Origin: Squalus acanthias
Taxonomy: Eukaryota
DNA: 64,000 nt
Direction: 5' to 3'
Assembly (NCBI GenBank): GCA_030390025.1
Contig: CM059432.1
Location: 74,650,001 to 74,714,000, forward strand
The position numbers were made by a program, and so were the translations under genes. Of the stretch, positions 35,950-47,896 are shown in pieces. How positions within the stretch are numbered: the first letter of the stretch is position 1; every line of letters starts with the position of its first letter. The notes below the pieces were generated by a model. It was given only the letters and a program-made list of their open reading frames with translations, made no database searches and was not told where the DNA came from.

Positions 35950-36800
35950 GCCTCCTTGGCCAGCTGGGCGCATGAGATGTGCCCTTAGTATTACGGGTGT
36001 CTACCAACAATATTTCAAAAGGTGACTCCGCCAAACCCTATATACTCTGGTCGGCACTCATACCAGGATATCAATCCTGTGGATTTTTGCCCTATGCCAT
36101 CTATGCCACAAACATAATCTGTGTTGAAACTTTGCTGTTATTGATGAAAGGCAAAAAAATGCCTACTCTCCTTCTCAGAGGGATCCTGAAGGACTGTGCC
36201 CAGGCTGAAGTTTCATCCACCAGAATCTCAGGTACTGATACAAATTAATGGAGAGACTTGTAACTTTGAATCAAATCAGGATCCACTATTGAGCTGTGCA
36301 AAACCATAATATCACATTTGAGGCACGCAAGAGCATATCTCACCAATTAGCCCATTGTTCAAGATAGTGAGTCCATTAGATCCTCAGATGCATTTACCAA
36401 CTATACAATATCATCGTCAAAAGAAGTACCGTAATTCTTAAAATAATAGCCAGAGCAGACATTCCAAATGCATCCATTACAATGCCACCCAACACATCAT
36501 TGATGACGACATTGAATAGGATGGTTGATAGTGAATAGCCTTCCCTCCCTCCTCTTTCAAGAGCTCAGTGAGTCTGTCATCTAACATTGCAAGGACCTTG
36601 AAGCTGACATATCCAGGATGCAATCAATATTCCCAACAGCTTCCAGCTTTTTCACATCGGTCACATGATCAAAGCCTGATGAAAATAACATAAGTGGGTT
36701 TCCCCTGAGAGTCACAGTCTTCTGCAACCTTGTATAAGCTGTACATATTCCTGCGATCCTGCCCCACACATTCCTCCTAAGACTAGCGTATTCCTTTCTG
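35950..36800 (-). mobile_element. Highly decayed non-LTR retrotransposon RT fragment
   Basis: Minus strand gives GFDHV, then LSTILFNVVINDV, then FDDD in RT motif order. Boundaries uncertain. Confidence 0.5.
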
Positions 36801-36879
36801 ATTACTCTGCAGAGCTCTAATGTATTCAGTATACATGCTGCAACAGCCCAAAGAACACCTTAAAAGCTACATATATCAC

Positions 36880-39800
36880 ACGACGGCATAGTGGTAATAT
36901 CACTGGGTTAGTAATTCAGACAGACCTGGACTAATGATCCAGAGACGTGAGTTCAAATCCCACCACGACAGCTGGGGAATTTAAATTCAGTTAATTAAAT
37001 AAAAATCTGGAATAAAAAGCTAGTATCAGTAATGGTAACCATGAAACTATCGGATTGTCGTAAAAACCCATCTGGTTCACTAATGTCATTTTGGGAAGGA
37101 AATCTGCTGTCCTTACCTGGTCTGGCCTATATGTGACTCCAGACCCACAGCAATGTGGTTGACTCTTAACTGCCCTCTGAAATGGCCTAGCAAGTCACTC
37201 AGTTGTAACTAACTGCTACGAAACAAAATAATAAGAATGAAACCGGACAGACCACTCGGCACTGGCAACGGCACACCCAGCCCAGTCAACCCTGCAAAGT
37301 CCTCCTCACCAACATCTGGGGACTTGTGCCAAAATTGGGAGAGCTGTCCCACAGACTAGTCAAGCAACCGCCTGATATAGTCATACTCACAGAATCATAC
37401 CTTTCAGCCAATGTCCCGAACTCCTCCATCACCATCCCTGGGTATGTCCTGTCCCAGCGGCAGGACAGACCCACCAGGGGTGGCCCTGGAAGTCCTCAAC
37501 ATTGACTCCGGACCCCCTGAAGTCTCATGGCTTCAGGTCAAGCAGGGGCAAGGAAACCTCCTGCTGATTACCACCTACCACCCTCCCTCAGCTGATGAAT
37601 CAGTAATCCTCCATGTTGAAGAAGCACTGAGAGCAGCAAGGGCCACAGAATGTACTTTGGGTGTGGGACTTCAATTTCCATCACCAAGAATGGCTTGGTA
37701 GCACCACTACTGACCGAGCCAGGTGGTGAGTGAACCAACACGAGGGGAAAAACCTACTTGACCTCGTCCTCACCAATCTACCTGTCGCAGATGCATCTGT
37801 CCATGACAGCATTGGCAGCAGTGACCACCGCACAGTCATTGTGGAGACGAAGTCCTGTCTTCACACTGAGAACACACTCCATCATGTTGTGTGGCACTAC
37901 CACCGTGCTAAATGGGATAGATTCAGAACAGATCTAGCAGCTCAAAACTGGGCCTCCATGAGGCGCTGTGGGCCATCAGCAGCAGCAGAATTGTATTCCA
38001 CCTCAATCTGTAACCTCATGGCCCAGCATATCCCTCACTCTACCATTACCACCAACCCTGGTTCAACAACGAGTGTACAGAAGCAGCACCAGGCTTACAT
38101 AAAAATGAGGTGCCAACCTGGGGAAGCATGCTAAAAAGTGGAAGCAGCATGCTATAGACAGGGCTAAGCGATCCCACAATCAACGGATCAGATCAAAGCT
38201 CTGCAGTCCTGCCACATCCAGTCGTGAATAGTGGTGGACCATTAAACAACTAACGGGAGGCGGAGGCTCCAAGAATATCCCCATCCTCAATGATGGTGGA
38301 GCCCAGCATGTGAGTGCAAAGGTCAAGGCTGAAGCGTTTGCAACCATCTTCAGCCAGAAGTGCCGAGTGGATGATCCCGAGGTCCCCACCATCACAGAAG
38401 CCAGTCTTCAGCCAATTCGATTCACTCCACATGATATCAAGAAACGGCTGAGCGTACTGGATACAGCAAAGGCTATGGGCCTCGACAACATCCCGGCTAT
38501 CATGCTGCAGAACTAGCCGCGCCTCTAGCCAAGCTGTTCCAGTACAGCTACAACACTGGCATCTATCCGACAATGTGGAAAACTGCCCAGGTATGTCCTG
38601 TCCACAAAAAGCAGGACAAATCCAACCTGGCCAATTACCGCTCCATCAGTCTACTCTCAATCATCAGCAAAGTAATGGAAGGTGTCAGCGACAGTGCTAT
38701 CAAGCGGCATTTACTCACCAATAACCTGCTCACTGATGCCCAGTTTGGGTTCCGCCAAGACCACTCAGCTCCCGACCTTATTACAGCCTTGGTCCAAACA
38801 TGGACAAAGGAGCTGAATTCCAGAGGTGAGGTGAGAGTGACTGCCCTTGACATCAAGGCAGCATTTGACCGAGTCTGGCATCAAGGAGCCCTAGTAAAAC
38901 TGAAGTCAGGGGGAAAACACTCCACTGGCTGGAGTCATACCTAGCACAAAGTAAGATGGTTGTGGTGGTTGAAGGTCAATCATCACAGCCCCAGGACAAC
39001 GCTGCAGGAGTTCCTCAGGGCAGTGTCCTAGGCCCAACCATCTTCAGCTGCTTCATCAATGACCTTCCTTCCAACATAAAGTCAGAAATGGGGATGTTCG
39101 CTGATGACTGCACAGTGTTCAGCGCCATTCACAACTCCACAGATAATGAAGCATTCCATGCCCGCATGCAACAAGACCTGGACGACGTTCAGGCTTGGGC
39201 TGACAAGTGGCAGGTAACATTCGCGCCACAGAAGTGCCAGGCAATGACTATCTCCAACAAGCGAGAGTCTAACCACCTCCCCTTGACATTCAATGGCATT
39301 ACCATCACCGAATCCCCCACTATCAACATCCTGGGGTGTCACCATTAACCAGAAACTTAACTGGACCAGCCACATAAAGACTGTGGCAACAAGAGCAGGT
39401 CAGAGGCTAGGTATTCTGCGGCGAGTGTCTCACCTCCTGACTCCCCAAAGCCTTTCCACCATCTACAAGGCACAAGTAAGGAGTGTGATGAAATACTCTC
39501 CACTTGCCTGGATGAGTGCAGTTCCAACAACACTCAAGAAGCTCGACACCATCCAGGACAAAGCAGCCCGCTTGATTGGCACCCCATGCACCATCTTAAA
39601 CATTCACTCCCTCCACCACCGGCGTACCGTGGCTGCAGTGTGTACCATCTACAAGATGCACTGCAGCAACTTGCCAAGGCTTCTTCGGCAGCACCTCCCA
39701 AACCCGCGACCTCTTCCACCTAGAAGGAAAAGGACAGCAGGCGCATGGGAACACCACCACCTCCAAGTTCCCCTCCAAGTCACACACCACCCTGACTTAG

Positions 39801-40002
39801 AAATATATCGCCGATCCTTCATCGTCGCTGGGTCAAAATCCTGGAACTCCCTACCTAACAGCACTGTGGGAGTACCATCACCACACAGACTGCAGCGGTT
39901 CAAGAAGGCAGCTCACCACCACCTTCTCAAGAGCAATTAGGGATGGGCAATAAATGCTGGCATTGCCAGCGATGCCCAGATCCTATAAATGAATAAAAAA
40001 AA
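36880..40002 (+). mobile_element. ORF1-less CR1-like LINE with a tRNA-derived (SINE-like) head
   Basis: A box CGGCATAGTGG (36884-36894), B box GAGTTCAAATCC (36949-36960), then one APE-RT region and an A-rich tail. Confidence 0.88.
37290..39940 (+). pseudogene. APE + RT region of the tRNA-headed LINE, frameshifted, with small deletions
   Basis: [78 protein letters not shown]. Confidence 0.9.
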
Positions 40003-40682
40003 GTTTCCTCTTAGTTTTGAGTCTCATTAGAATTCCGTACTCTGAAACATCAATGGTATGTGTGCCTCAAAACAGAAAATCATTGGCCACATTATCCAAA
40101 ATTGTGTCTGCCCACCTAGCACAATGAGATTTGAAGTATGTGCAGACTAGGTAATGTTTTAATTTTTTATGCACAGAGGATTGTTAGGTCATTGAGTGCC
40201 GTACCAGAAACATCGAATAATGAACTGCCCCCTTCCCAGCTATCAACTTTAGTTTAATGAGAACTATAGTCTAGCTATAAACACAAGTAAGGTGTTGGGG
40301 AAAAGCTTGAATCATAACAGTCACCAGCTCCACTGAAGCAACCAGCAGCAGATACAAATTCTGCAGGACAATCATAGGGAGCTTGAGAAAGATGTACAGG
40401 GTCATGCACAGAGCACAAAGGATGAAAGGATATCAGTGGTGTGAGCTGATTAGTCTTCTCCAGGCAGAAGATTCAGCAGACTGAGTTCCCCTCCTGTGTT
40501 GTAAGGGGTCTGCTTTCCAACAGAGGATACTGGAGTACATGGTCCACTTGGTCACTTGCCTCTGTACATACAGCACAGGAAGTAGGTATGGTTGTTCGTA
40601 CCAATGATTCTCTGCATTGAGTTAGTGACAACCCAGAGGCACATGCAGTTGAGACCTCAGTAGATTATAGATTTAAAGCTAT

Positions 40683-41063
40683 GCTGACACTCCAGTACAG
40701 TGCTGAGGGAGTGCTGCACTGTTGGCGGTGCCATCTTTCGGATGAGACGTTAAACCGAGGCCCCATCTTCTCTCTCAGGTGGACGTAAAAGATCCCATGG
40801 CACTATTTCGAAGAAGAGCAGAGGAGTTATCCCCAGTGTACTGGCCAATATTTATCCCTCAACCAACATAACAAAAACAGATTATCTGGTCATTATCACA
40901 TTGCTGTTTGTGGGACCTTGCTGTGCGCAAATTGGCTGCCGCGTTTCCCACATTACAACAGTGACTACACTTCAAAAAGTACTTCATTGGCTGTAAAGCA
41001 CTTTGAGACGTCCGGTGGTCGTGAAAGGCGCTATATAAATGCAAGTCTTTCCTTTCTTTCTTT
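40683..41063 (+). mobile_element. Deu-domain SINE (SacSINE1/AmnSINE1-like), 5' truncated, L2-type tail
   Basis: GGATGAGACGTTAAACCGAGG..AAAGATCCCATGGCACTATT..GGCGCTATATAAATGCAAG(TCTT)n; inverted second copy at 45134-45569. Confidence 0.8.
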
Positions 41064-42104
41064 TATACATCTGTCATACTTTCATAGTACAGAAAATAAA
41101 ATGTAAATTGTCCGGTCATAAGCCTAATAGAATATGTGCAGTTCTCTCCACAAATACACAGGTAAAGTGAATAAATAATTGTAAATGTGTCCCGTAGGAA
41201 ACAGTGTCCAATTGTAGAACTCAATGGAAGAACTCGGCAACAAAACCCTTATACAGTCATCCTCCTACCTCCAGTGGCTGGTCTGCTGCTTGTAGTTACC
41301 CACTGGCTTGAGATTCAACAGTGCATATGCAGGAGTCATCACTACCCATTGGTTGGGTAGAATGTGAGGAGTGGCCAATTGTTGAATATCTCAATGGTCT
41401 GTATTGCAAGGGCTTCATGCCTGGAGTGTGGGCTGGACTTGACATGGCCTGTGATGAGCTGCCATGTGTCTTTGGAAGTGAATTTGGGCCGCCATGAGTT
41501 GGCTGCACGGGGCTGAAGCTGTGGGTTAGCCGAGTAAGGGGATCTCATCTATGGTTGCAGGGCTAGGACTAATAGGCCTGATGTTGCTGGGACATGGTGC
41601 AAGCTACATCTCAGCATAAGAACTGAACATCCCACAGATGCAAAGGTTTGTAGAGTCTGGCTACACTCCTGGGCCGATAACAATTTTTTTCTCCAACGTA
41701 CGATCCCCTCCTCCCGAGGGAAATTAACTGGCCCATATTCAGTAACTTCTCACAATGACACAGGTGAGGCTGGAAACAAAACAATATAGGGGAATCACAG
41801 GCACAAACACACATCCTATTGGTGTGCAGCACCATGTGTTGTCACTCCAAAATGCTGAACCAGATGGTGTACAACCTTGTATCCTCTTTGACTCACAGCT
41901 GAGCTTCAAATATATAATCATGAAAACCTCGAATTCCAACCCTCCTGCATTACTACAGAAACCCTTATCCACAATTTTGTTACATCTAGACTCAATTTCT
42001 GCAATGTATTCTCAGCAACCTCCCAAGCTCCACCTTCACAAGTTCAACTCATTCAAATCCCTGCCACCCACATCCTGTTCTACTTGCCCATCATCTCCAT
42101 CCTT

Positions 42105-44193
42105 GCTGGATTTCCAGAAGGCATTCGATAAGGTGCCACATAAAAGGTTACTACACAAGATAAGAGCTCACGGGGTTGGGGGTAATATATTAGCATGGAT
42201 AGAGGACTGGCTAACTAACAGAAAACAGAGAGTTGGGATAAATGGGTAATTTTCAGGTTGTCAAACTGTAACTAGTGGGGTGCCGCAGGGATCGGTGCTG
42301 GGGCCTCAACTATTTACAATCTATATTAATGAATTGGATGAAGGGACTGAGCGTAATGTAGCCAAATTTGCTGATGATACAAAGATAGTTGGGAAAGCAA
42401 TAGTGTGGAGAAGGCAAAGAATCTCCAAAGGGATATAGATAGGCTAAGTGAGTGGACAAAAACCTGGCAGATAGAGTTTAATGTGGGAAAATGCGAGGTT
42501 ATCCACTTTGGTAGGAAAAATAAAAAAGCAAATTATTATTTAAATGGGGAGAGATTACAAAATGCTGAGGTACAGAGGGATCTGGGGGTCCTTGTACATG
42601 AATCACAAAAAGTTAGCATGCAGGTACAGCAAGTAATTAGGAAGGCAAATGGAGTGTTGGCCTTTATTGCAAAGGGAATGGACTATAAAAGTAGGGAAGT
42701 TCTGTTACAACTGTACAGGGTGTTGGTGAGACCACACCTGGAGTACTGCGTACAGTTTTGGTCTCCTTATTTAAGGAAGGATATACTTGCATTGGAGGCA
42801 GTTCAGAGAAGGTTCACAAGGTTGATTCCGGAGATGAAGGGGTTATCTTATGAAGAAAGGTTGAGCAGGTTGGGCCTATACTCATTAGAGTTTAGAAGAA
42901 TGAGAGGAGATCTTATTGAAACATATAGGGGGAGAAATTCAGTATCGTCCCATTTGGGGCGCGATTATCGGCCGGGCGCAAAGTTTAGCGCCTGGCGCTA
43001 ATTATCGCCTCTGACTGCAAACTTGGCTTTTATCGCCCCGGAGGTGATTAGAGCGCTAAATCAGGCGCTGCACACCTGTCTTAAGGCGCAAAGGCCGAGG
43101 AGCTAGGCGCTATCTCAGAGCGCTGGCGAAGCTCATGTGATGTCAGTCAGCAATGGAACACAGACACACTGGCGCCGGCCAGTTCTTAAAGGGGAGGGTC
43201 AATCTTTCTCTCCATCCACACCCTGTTCATTGCAGCCTTGAATCTAGGCCTGGAGAGACCTGTACATCAAATCTGTTGGAAAGAACAATGGAGAGGCCCA
43301 GGGAAAGAGCTCAGAGTGCAGCCCCCATAATCTCTTCTAAATCGATGCAAGGAAGATCAAATAAAAAAGAACCTGCAAAGTGCTGCTCAGTACCCAAAAC
43401 TACTCAACACAGATTTGAATATCGCCTGCAGTCTCTCTCTCTCACTCAGAATGCGTGGTGAAAAAATTTCGCCGACAAAAAAAGGCAGGAAGCGGTCGCC
43501 TTTAAATAGCGCTCCCCCAGTCCCTTCCCAACTGCAAAACGCTCCCCTCAACCTGTCATTGCGAGTGGCAGGCGGTAAGACAGGGGGCGCCACTCAATAT
43601 CCGGTCCGGGGCGCTACCGTGGCGTTGCGCACTCGACTGACGTCATGATCTGTGGGCGCAGGAGATCGTGGCGGTAGTGTTTAGCGCTGCTGCAAAATGT
43701 CTAGTCAATTTCGTGAGCGGCGCAAACATTGCCGCGCACGGGCGCTAGTTGCTTTGCGCCCCATTAGCGCCCTCTCAAGGCGCTAATGGGAGGCGCAAAC
43801 CAACCGAATTTTTCCCCCATAAGATTCTGAAGGGGCTTGACAGGGTAGATGCAGAGAGGATGTTTCCCCTCGTGGGGGAATCTAGAACTAGGGGGCATAA
43901 TTTCAGAATAAGGGGGCACCCTTTTAAATCGGAAATAAGGAGGAATTTCTTCTCTCAGAGGGTCGTGAATCTTTGGAATTTTCTTCCCCAGAGAGCTGTG
44001 GAGGCTGGGTCATTGAATATATTTAAGGTGGAGATAGACAGATTTTTGAACGATAAGGGAGTCAAGGGTTATGGGGAGCGGGCAGGGAAGTGGAGTTGAG
44101 GCCAAGATTAGATCAGCCATGATCTTATTGAACGGTGGAGCAGGCTCGAGGGGCCAAATGACCTACTCCTGCTCCTACGTCTTATGTTCTTAT
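42105..44193 (+). mobile_element. 5'-truncated CR1 #3 (RT to 3' tail), interrupted by MITE F
   Basis: LDFQKAFDKVPH, FADDTK, RPHLEYCVQFWSP, ETY-KILKG, TCTTATGTTCTTAT tail. Confidence 0.92.
42928..43818 (-). mobile_element. Harbinger MITE F (891 bp), diverged subfamily of B/C
   Basis: GGGGGAGAAATT / AATTTTTCCCCC, ATA TSD, colinear with MITE B. Confidence 0.93.
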
Positions 44194-44689
44194 GCCAACT
44201 TCCATTGGCTCCCTGCCCACAAATGCATTGAAATCAAAATCCTTGCCTTCATTGACAAAGCCCTAATGCCTCACTACATCCTACTCTGCAACCTCAACAG
44301 CCTTTTGTCCCAGCCTGTGCCCTTCAGTACTCCATCTCTAGCCTCTTGTGCGTCTTTCCATCTCTACTCCACCATTGGTAGCAGAGCTATGTCATTTTAG
44401 CCTTACTTCTTGGACCTTTAAAAGCCTCCTCAAATTCTGTCCTTTGACTATGCTTTCGGTAATCTCTCCTAATTCTATTTTCTATCGGCCATCTTGTAGA
44501 ATGTTTTCTACATTAAAGGTGCTATGTAAATGTGTGTTGTTATTGCACTACTGTGGACCGTATTTCAAGTTGTGTACTTAAAAATCATTGTCTGCTTTAA
44601 ATTAATTTCACAGTTACTTCAGCCAGTTGTACCAAATATGGAAAATAAAATGAATTAAAACAAAATACATATCTCTAAATATGATGGAA

Positions 44690-44816
44690 GATTGGATACT
44701 AAGGGAATCAAGGGATATGGGGATAGGACGGGAAAGTGGAGTTGATGTAGAAGATCAGCCATGATTTTGATCGAGGGGCTGTATGGCCTAATCCTACTAC
44801 TATTTCTTATGTTCTT
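44690..44816 (+). mobile_element. Short CR1 3' tail fragment
   Basis: GGAATCAAGGGATATGGGGATAG..TATTTCTTATGTTCTT. Confidence 0.8.
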
Positions 44817-44842
44817 CAGGCAAGGCCACCAACTAAGATAAT

Positions 44843-46044
44843 GGCCCGGAATTTGCTGTCCTGGCAGAACTGGCAGCGTTCGCTGTCATTTCGCCTTCGA
44901 AACTGACCGCAACTTCAGGATTTAGCGAATGCGCAGTTTAACGCGGAAATCCAGAAGTTGCGGTCTGTCATTCACTGCTCCAACACAGGCTGCATTGTGC
45001 CCCCCCCACCCCCTCACCCCCAGAGCCGGCAATCAGTGTAATCTATCAAATCATGGAAACTGACAAAAACTTCGGGAAGAATATGTGGTATTAGATGATT
45101 AATAACACTAGCTGTGGCTTTGGGTTGGAAGATAAAGAAAGACTTGCATTTATATAGCGCCTTTCACGACTACCGGATGTCTCAAAGCGCTTTACAGCCA
45201 ATGAAGTACTTTTGGAGTGTAGTCACTGTTGTAATGTGGGAAACGCACACAGCAAGGTCGCACAAACAGCACTGTGATAATGACCAGATAAACTGTTTTT
45301 GTTATGTTGATTGAGGGATAAATATTGGCCAGGACACCAGGGATAACTCCCCTACTCTTCTTCGAAATAGTGCCATGGGATCTTTTACGTCCACCTGAGA
45401 GAGCAAACGGGGCCTTGGTTTAACATCTCATCCAAAAGACAGCACCTGTGACAGTGCAGCACTCCCTTAGCACTGCAGTGGAGTGTTAGCCTAGATTTAT
45501 GTGCTCAAGAACCCACAACCTTCTGACTCAGTGGCAAGAGTGCTAACCACTGAGCCACAGCTGACACTGTTAAATACTGCTGTTAAATTCCCCATTAACA
45601 GTTAAACCCTTTTGGATTAGGTGTAATTGGGGTTTTAACAGTGTATTGACTGCTAAACAAAGGCTATGGCCCTGAAAAACTAATTTTAATTTTGTGGAAT
45701 GTTTTAATTTTTTTTAAAGTTTGTTCATCTTTATTTCAAGTTTGCCTTTTCCCCACGTGAGAGCTCCATCTTTGTTTTGCTCTCCCTAACATTTTAAAAA
45801 GTTACAATCAAAGGAGCTTACCCACTTCGCTGTCTGTGAGAATTCTACGTTTTGATTGGCTGCTTAGACAGCTTGTTGACGTCATAGCAGCTCTTTGCTG
45901 GGAATTCCCATTAACTTGCGTTGATTTCAATTACGTCTTGAAAAAGCCAAACTTCTCATCACAGAGATCGCAAGAACTTTGTGGGAAGCTTACTTCAGGG
46001 TCAGCGGCAAACGCCTTTGCTTCACCGCTGACCGCAAATGGGCC
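44843..46044. mobile_element. Older TIR element (MITE-like) hosting a SINE
   Basis: Imperfect inverted ends GGCCCGGAATTTGCTGTC.. / ..GACCGCAAATGGGCC; flanks AAT / AAC. Confidence 0.55.
45134..45569 (-). mobile_element. Deu-domain SINE with tRNA-like head
   Basis: Minus strand GTGGCTCAGTGGTTAGCACTCTTGCC..GAAGGTTGTGGGTTC head; body matches 40683-41063. Confidence 0.82.
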
Positions 46045-46707
46045 AACCTTGGCAAAACCTCCTTCAAAATACTCAGGCCCAGAGGTCAAAGGAAACTATG
46101 CTCACACACTGCAACAAGCAGTCCCTGCCTTAAAACATTTCATTTCTGCTAAAAAAAAGAAACAATTGTATTACAAAACTACAATTCTTTAGAAATTCAA
46201 TTTATTTGAATCGGGTAGGAATATGGTTTGTTTCGGTAAATTCAGGAATAGCCCGTATTTAAGTGAAGTAGCAGTGTCTGAATTGATGATATGGTTCGTC
46301 TTTTAGATATTGGAAAATGGGTTTCCATTAATGTTAATATTAATTGGGTCTAATTGAATGGAACTAACTCAGAACTAACTGACACTCAGGGTGCATTCAC
46401 AATATAAATCAAATATCAGAGCAAGGAGCTTTCAGCTTTCCACCAATGCTAAACCTATGGGCCTGGGTTTTCCACTTCTGCGCTTGCCAGCCTCTGACTT
46501 TCCTATCCATTAATAAGAATGCGAGGAAAATTGTAGAAGTCGACAAGCCCCGTGCAGTGTAATTTCAGTGTGAAGACCTGAACTGACTCCCAAGAGAAGT
46601 GCAACTCCCGACTGCCACGCTGCTTTGTTCCATTGTCCACTGGACTCAGGTTACAACTGTAGCAGCAATACAAAGTGAAACCAGTACACACAGAGGCCAT
46701 GGTTATA

Positions 46708-47896
46708 AACAACAACAACAACTTGCATTTATATAGCACCTTTAATGTAGTAAAACGTCCCAAAGCGCTTCACAGAAGCATTATCAAACAATTTGACATC
46801 AAGTAACATAAGGAGATATTAGAAAAGGCGACCATAGCTTGGTCAAAGAGGTAGGTTTTAAGGAGCATCTTAAAGGAGGAGAGAGAGGTAGAGAGGTGGA
46901 GATGTTTAGAGAGAGGATTCCAGAGCTTGGGGCCTAGGCAGCTGAAGGCCCAACTGCCAATGGTGGAGTGATGAAAATTGAGGATGCGCAAGAGGCCAGA
47001 ATTAGAGGAGCGCCGAGATCTTGAGGGTTGTAGGGCTGGAGGAGGTTACAGAGATAGGGAGGGGCGAAGCCATGGAGGGATTTGAAAACAAGGATGAGTC
47101 TATTAAATCGAGGCGTTGCTGGACTGGGAGCCAATGTAGGTCAGCAAGCACTGACATGATGGTTGAATGGGACTTGGTGCGAATTAGGACATGGGCAGCA
47201 GAGTTTTGGATGAGCTCAAGTTTACGGAGGGTGCAAGATAGGAGGCCAGCCTGGAGAGCATTGGAATAGTCAAGTCTGGAGGTAACAAAGGCATGGATGA
47301 GGGTGTCAGCAGCAGATGAGCTGAGGCAGGGCCAGAGACGGGCGACGTTATAGAGGTGGACGCAGGTGGTCTTGGTAATGCAGAGGATATGGGGTTGGAA
47401 GCTCAGCTCAGGGTCAAATAGGACGCCAAGTTTGCGAACAATGAGGAGAAACTTCTTCACTCATAGGGTGATGAATCTTTGGAATTCTCTACCCCAGAGG
47501 GCTGTGGATGCTGAGTAGTTGAGTATATTCAAGACAGAGAGCGATAGATTTTTGGATACTAAGAGAATCAAGGGATATGGGGATAGTGCAGGAAGGTGGA
47601 GTTGAGGTAGAAGATCAGTCATGATCTTAATGAATGGCAGAGTAGGCTCAAAGGGCAGAATGGCCTACTCCTGCTCCTATTTCTGATGTTCTTATGTTCT
47701 TACAATCTGGTTCAGCCTGAGACAGTGGCCAGGGAGAGGGATGGAGTTGCTGGCTAGGGAACAGAGTTTGTGGTGAGGATCAAAGACAATGGCTTCGGTC
47801 TTTTCAATATTGGAGGAAATTTCTGCTCATCTGATACTGAATGTCTGACAAGCAGGGTGACAAATCAAAGGCAGTGGAGGGGGTCAAGAGAGGTGT
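46708..47896 (-). mobile_element. L2 LINE 3' fragment, interrupted by a CR1 fragment
   Basis: LGVLFDPELSF, LIHAFVTSRLDYSNA, LELIQNSAA, LHWLPV; tail ATATAAATGCAAG(TTG)n. Confidence 0.88.
47441..47701 (+). mobile_element. CR1 3' fragment inserted in L2
   Basis: MRRNFFTHRVMNLWNSLP..TTCTTATGTTCTT; ACAAT on both sides. Confidence 0.85.

Larger units (their letters stand above)
41880..44545 (+). mobile_element. Old L2 3' fragment split by CR1 #3 (pieces ~41880-42104 and ~44194-44545)
   Basis: ILFDSQLSF, NFHWLP..IEIKIL, tail AAAGGTGCTATGTAAATG(TGT)n; homologous to the L2 at 46708. Confidence 0.6.

Noticed and set aside
36884..36970. tRNA gene
   Set aside because: A and B boxes are present, but I could not fold a convincing cloverleaf and it continues into a retroelement.
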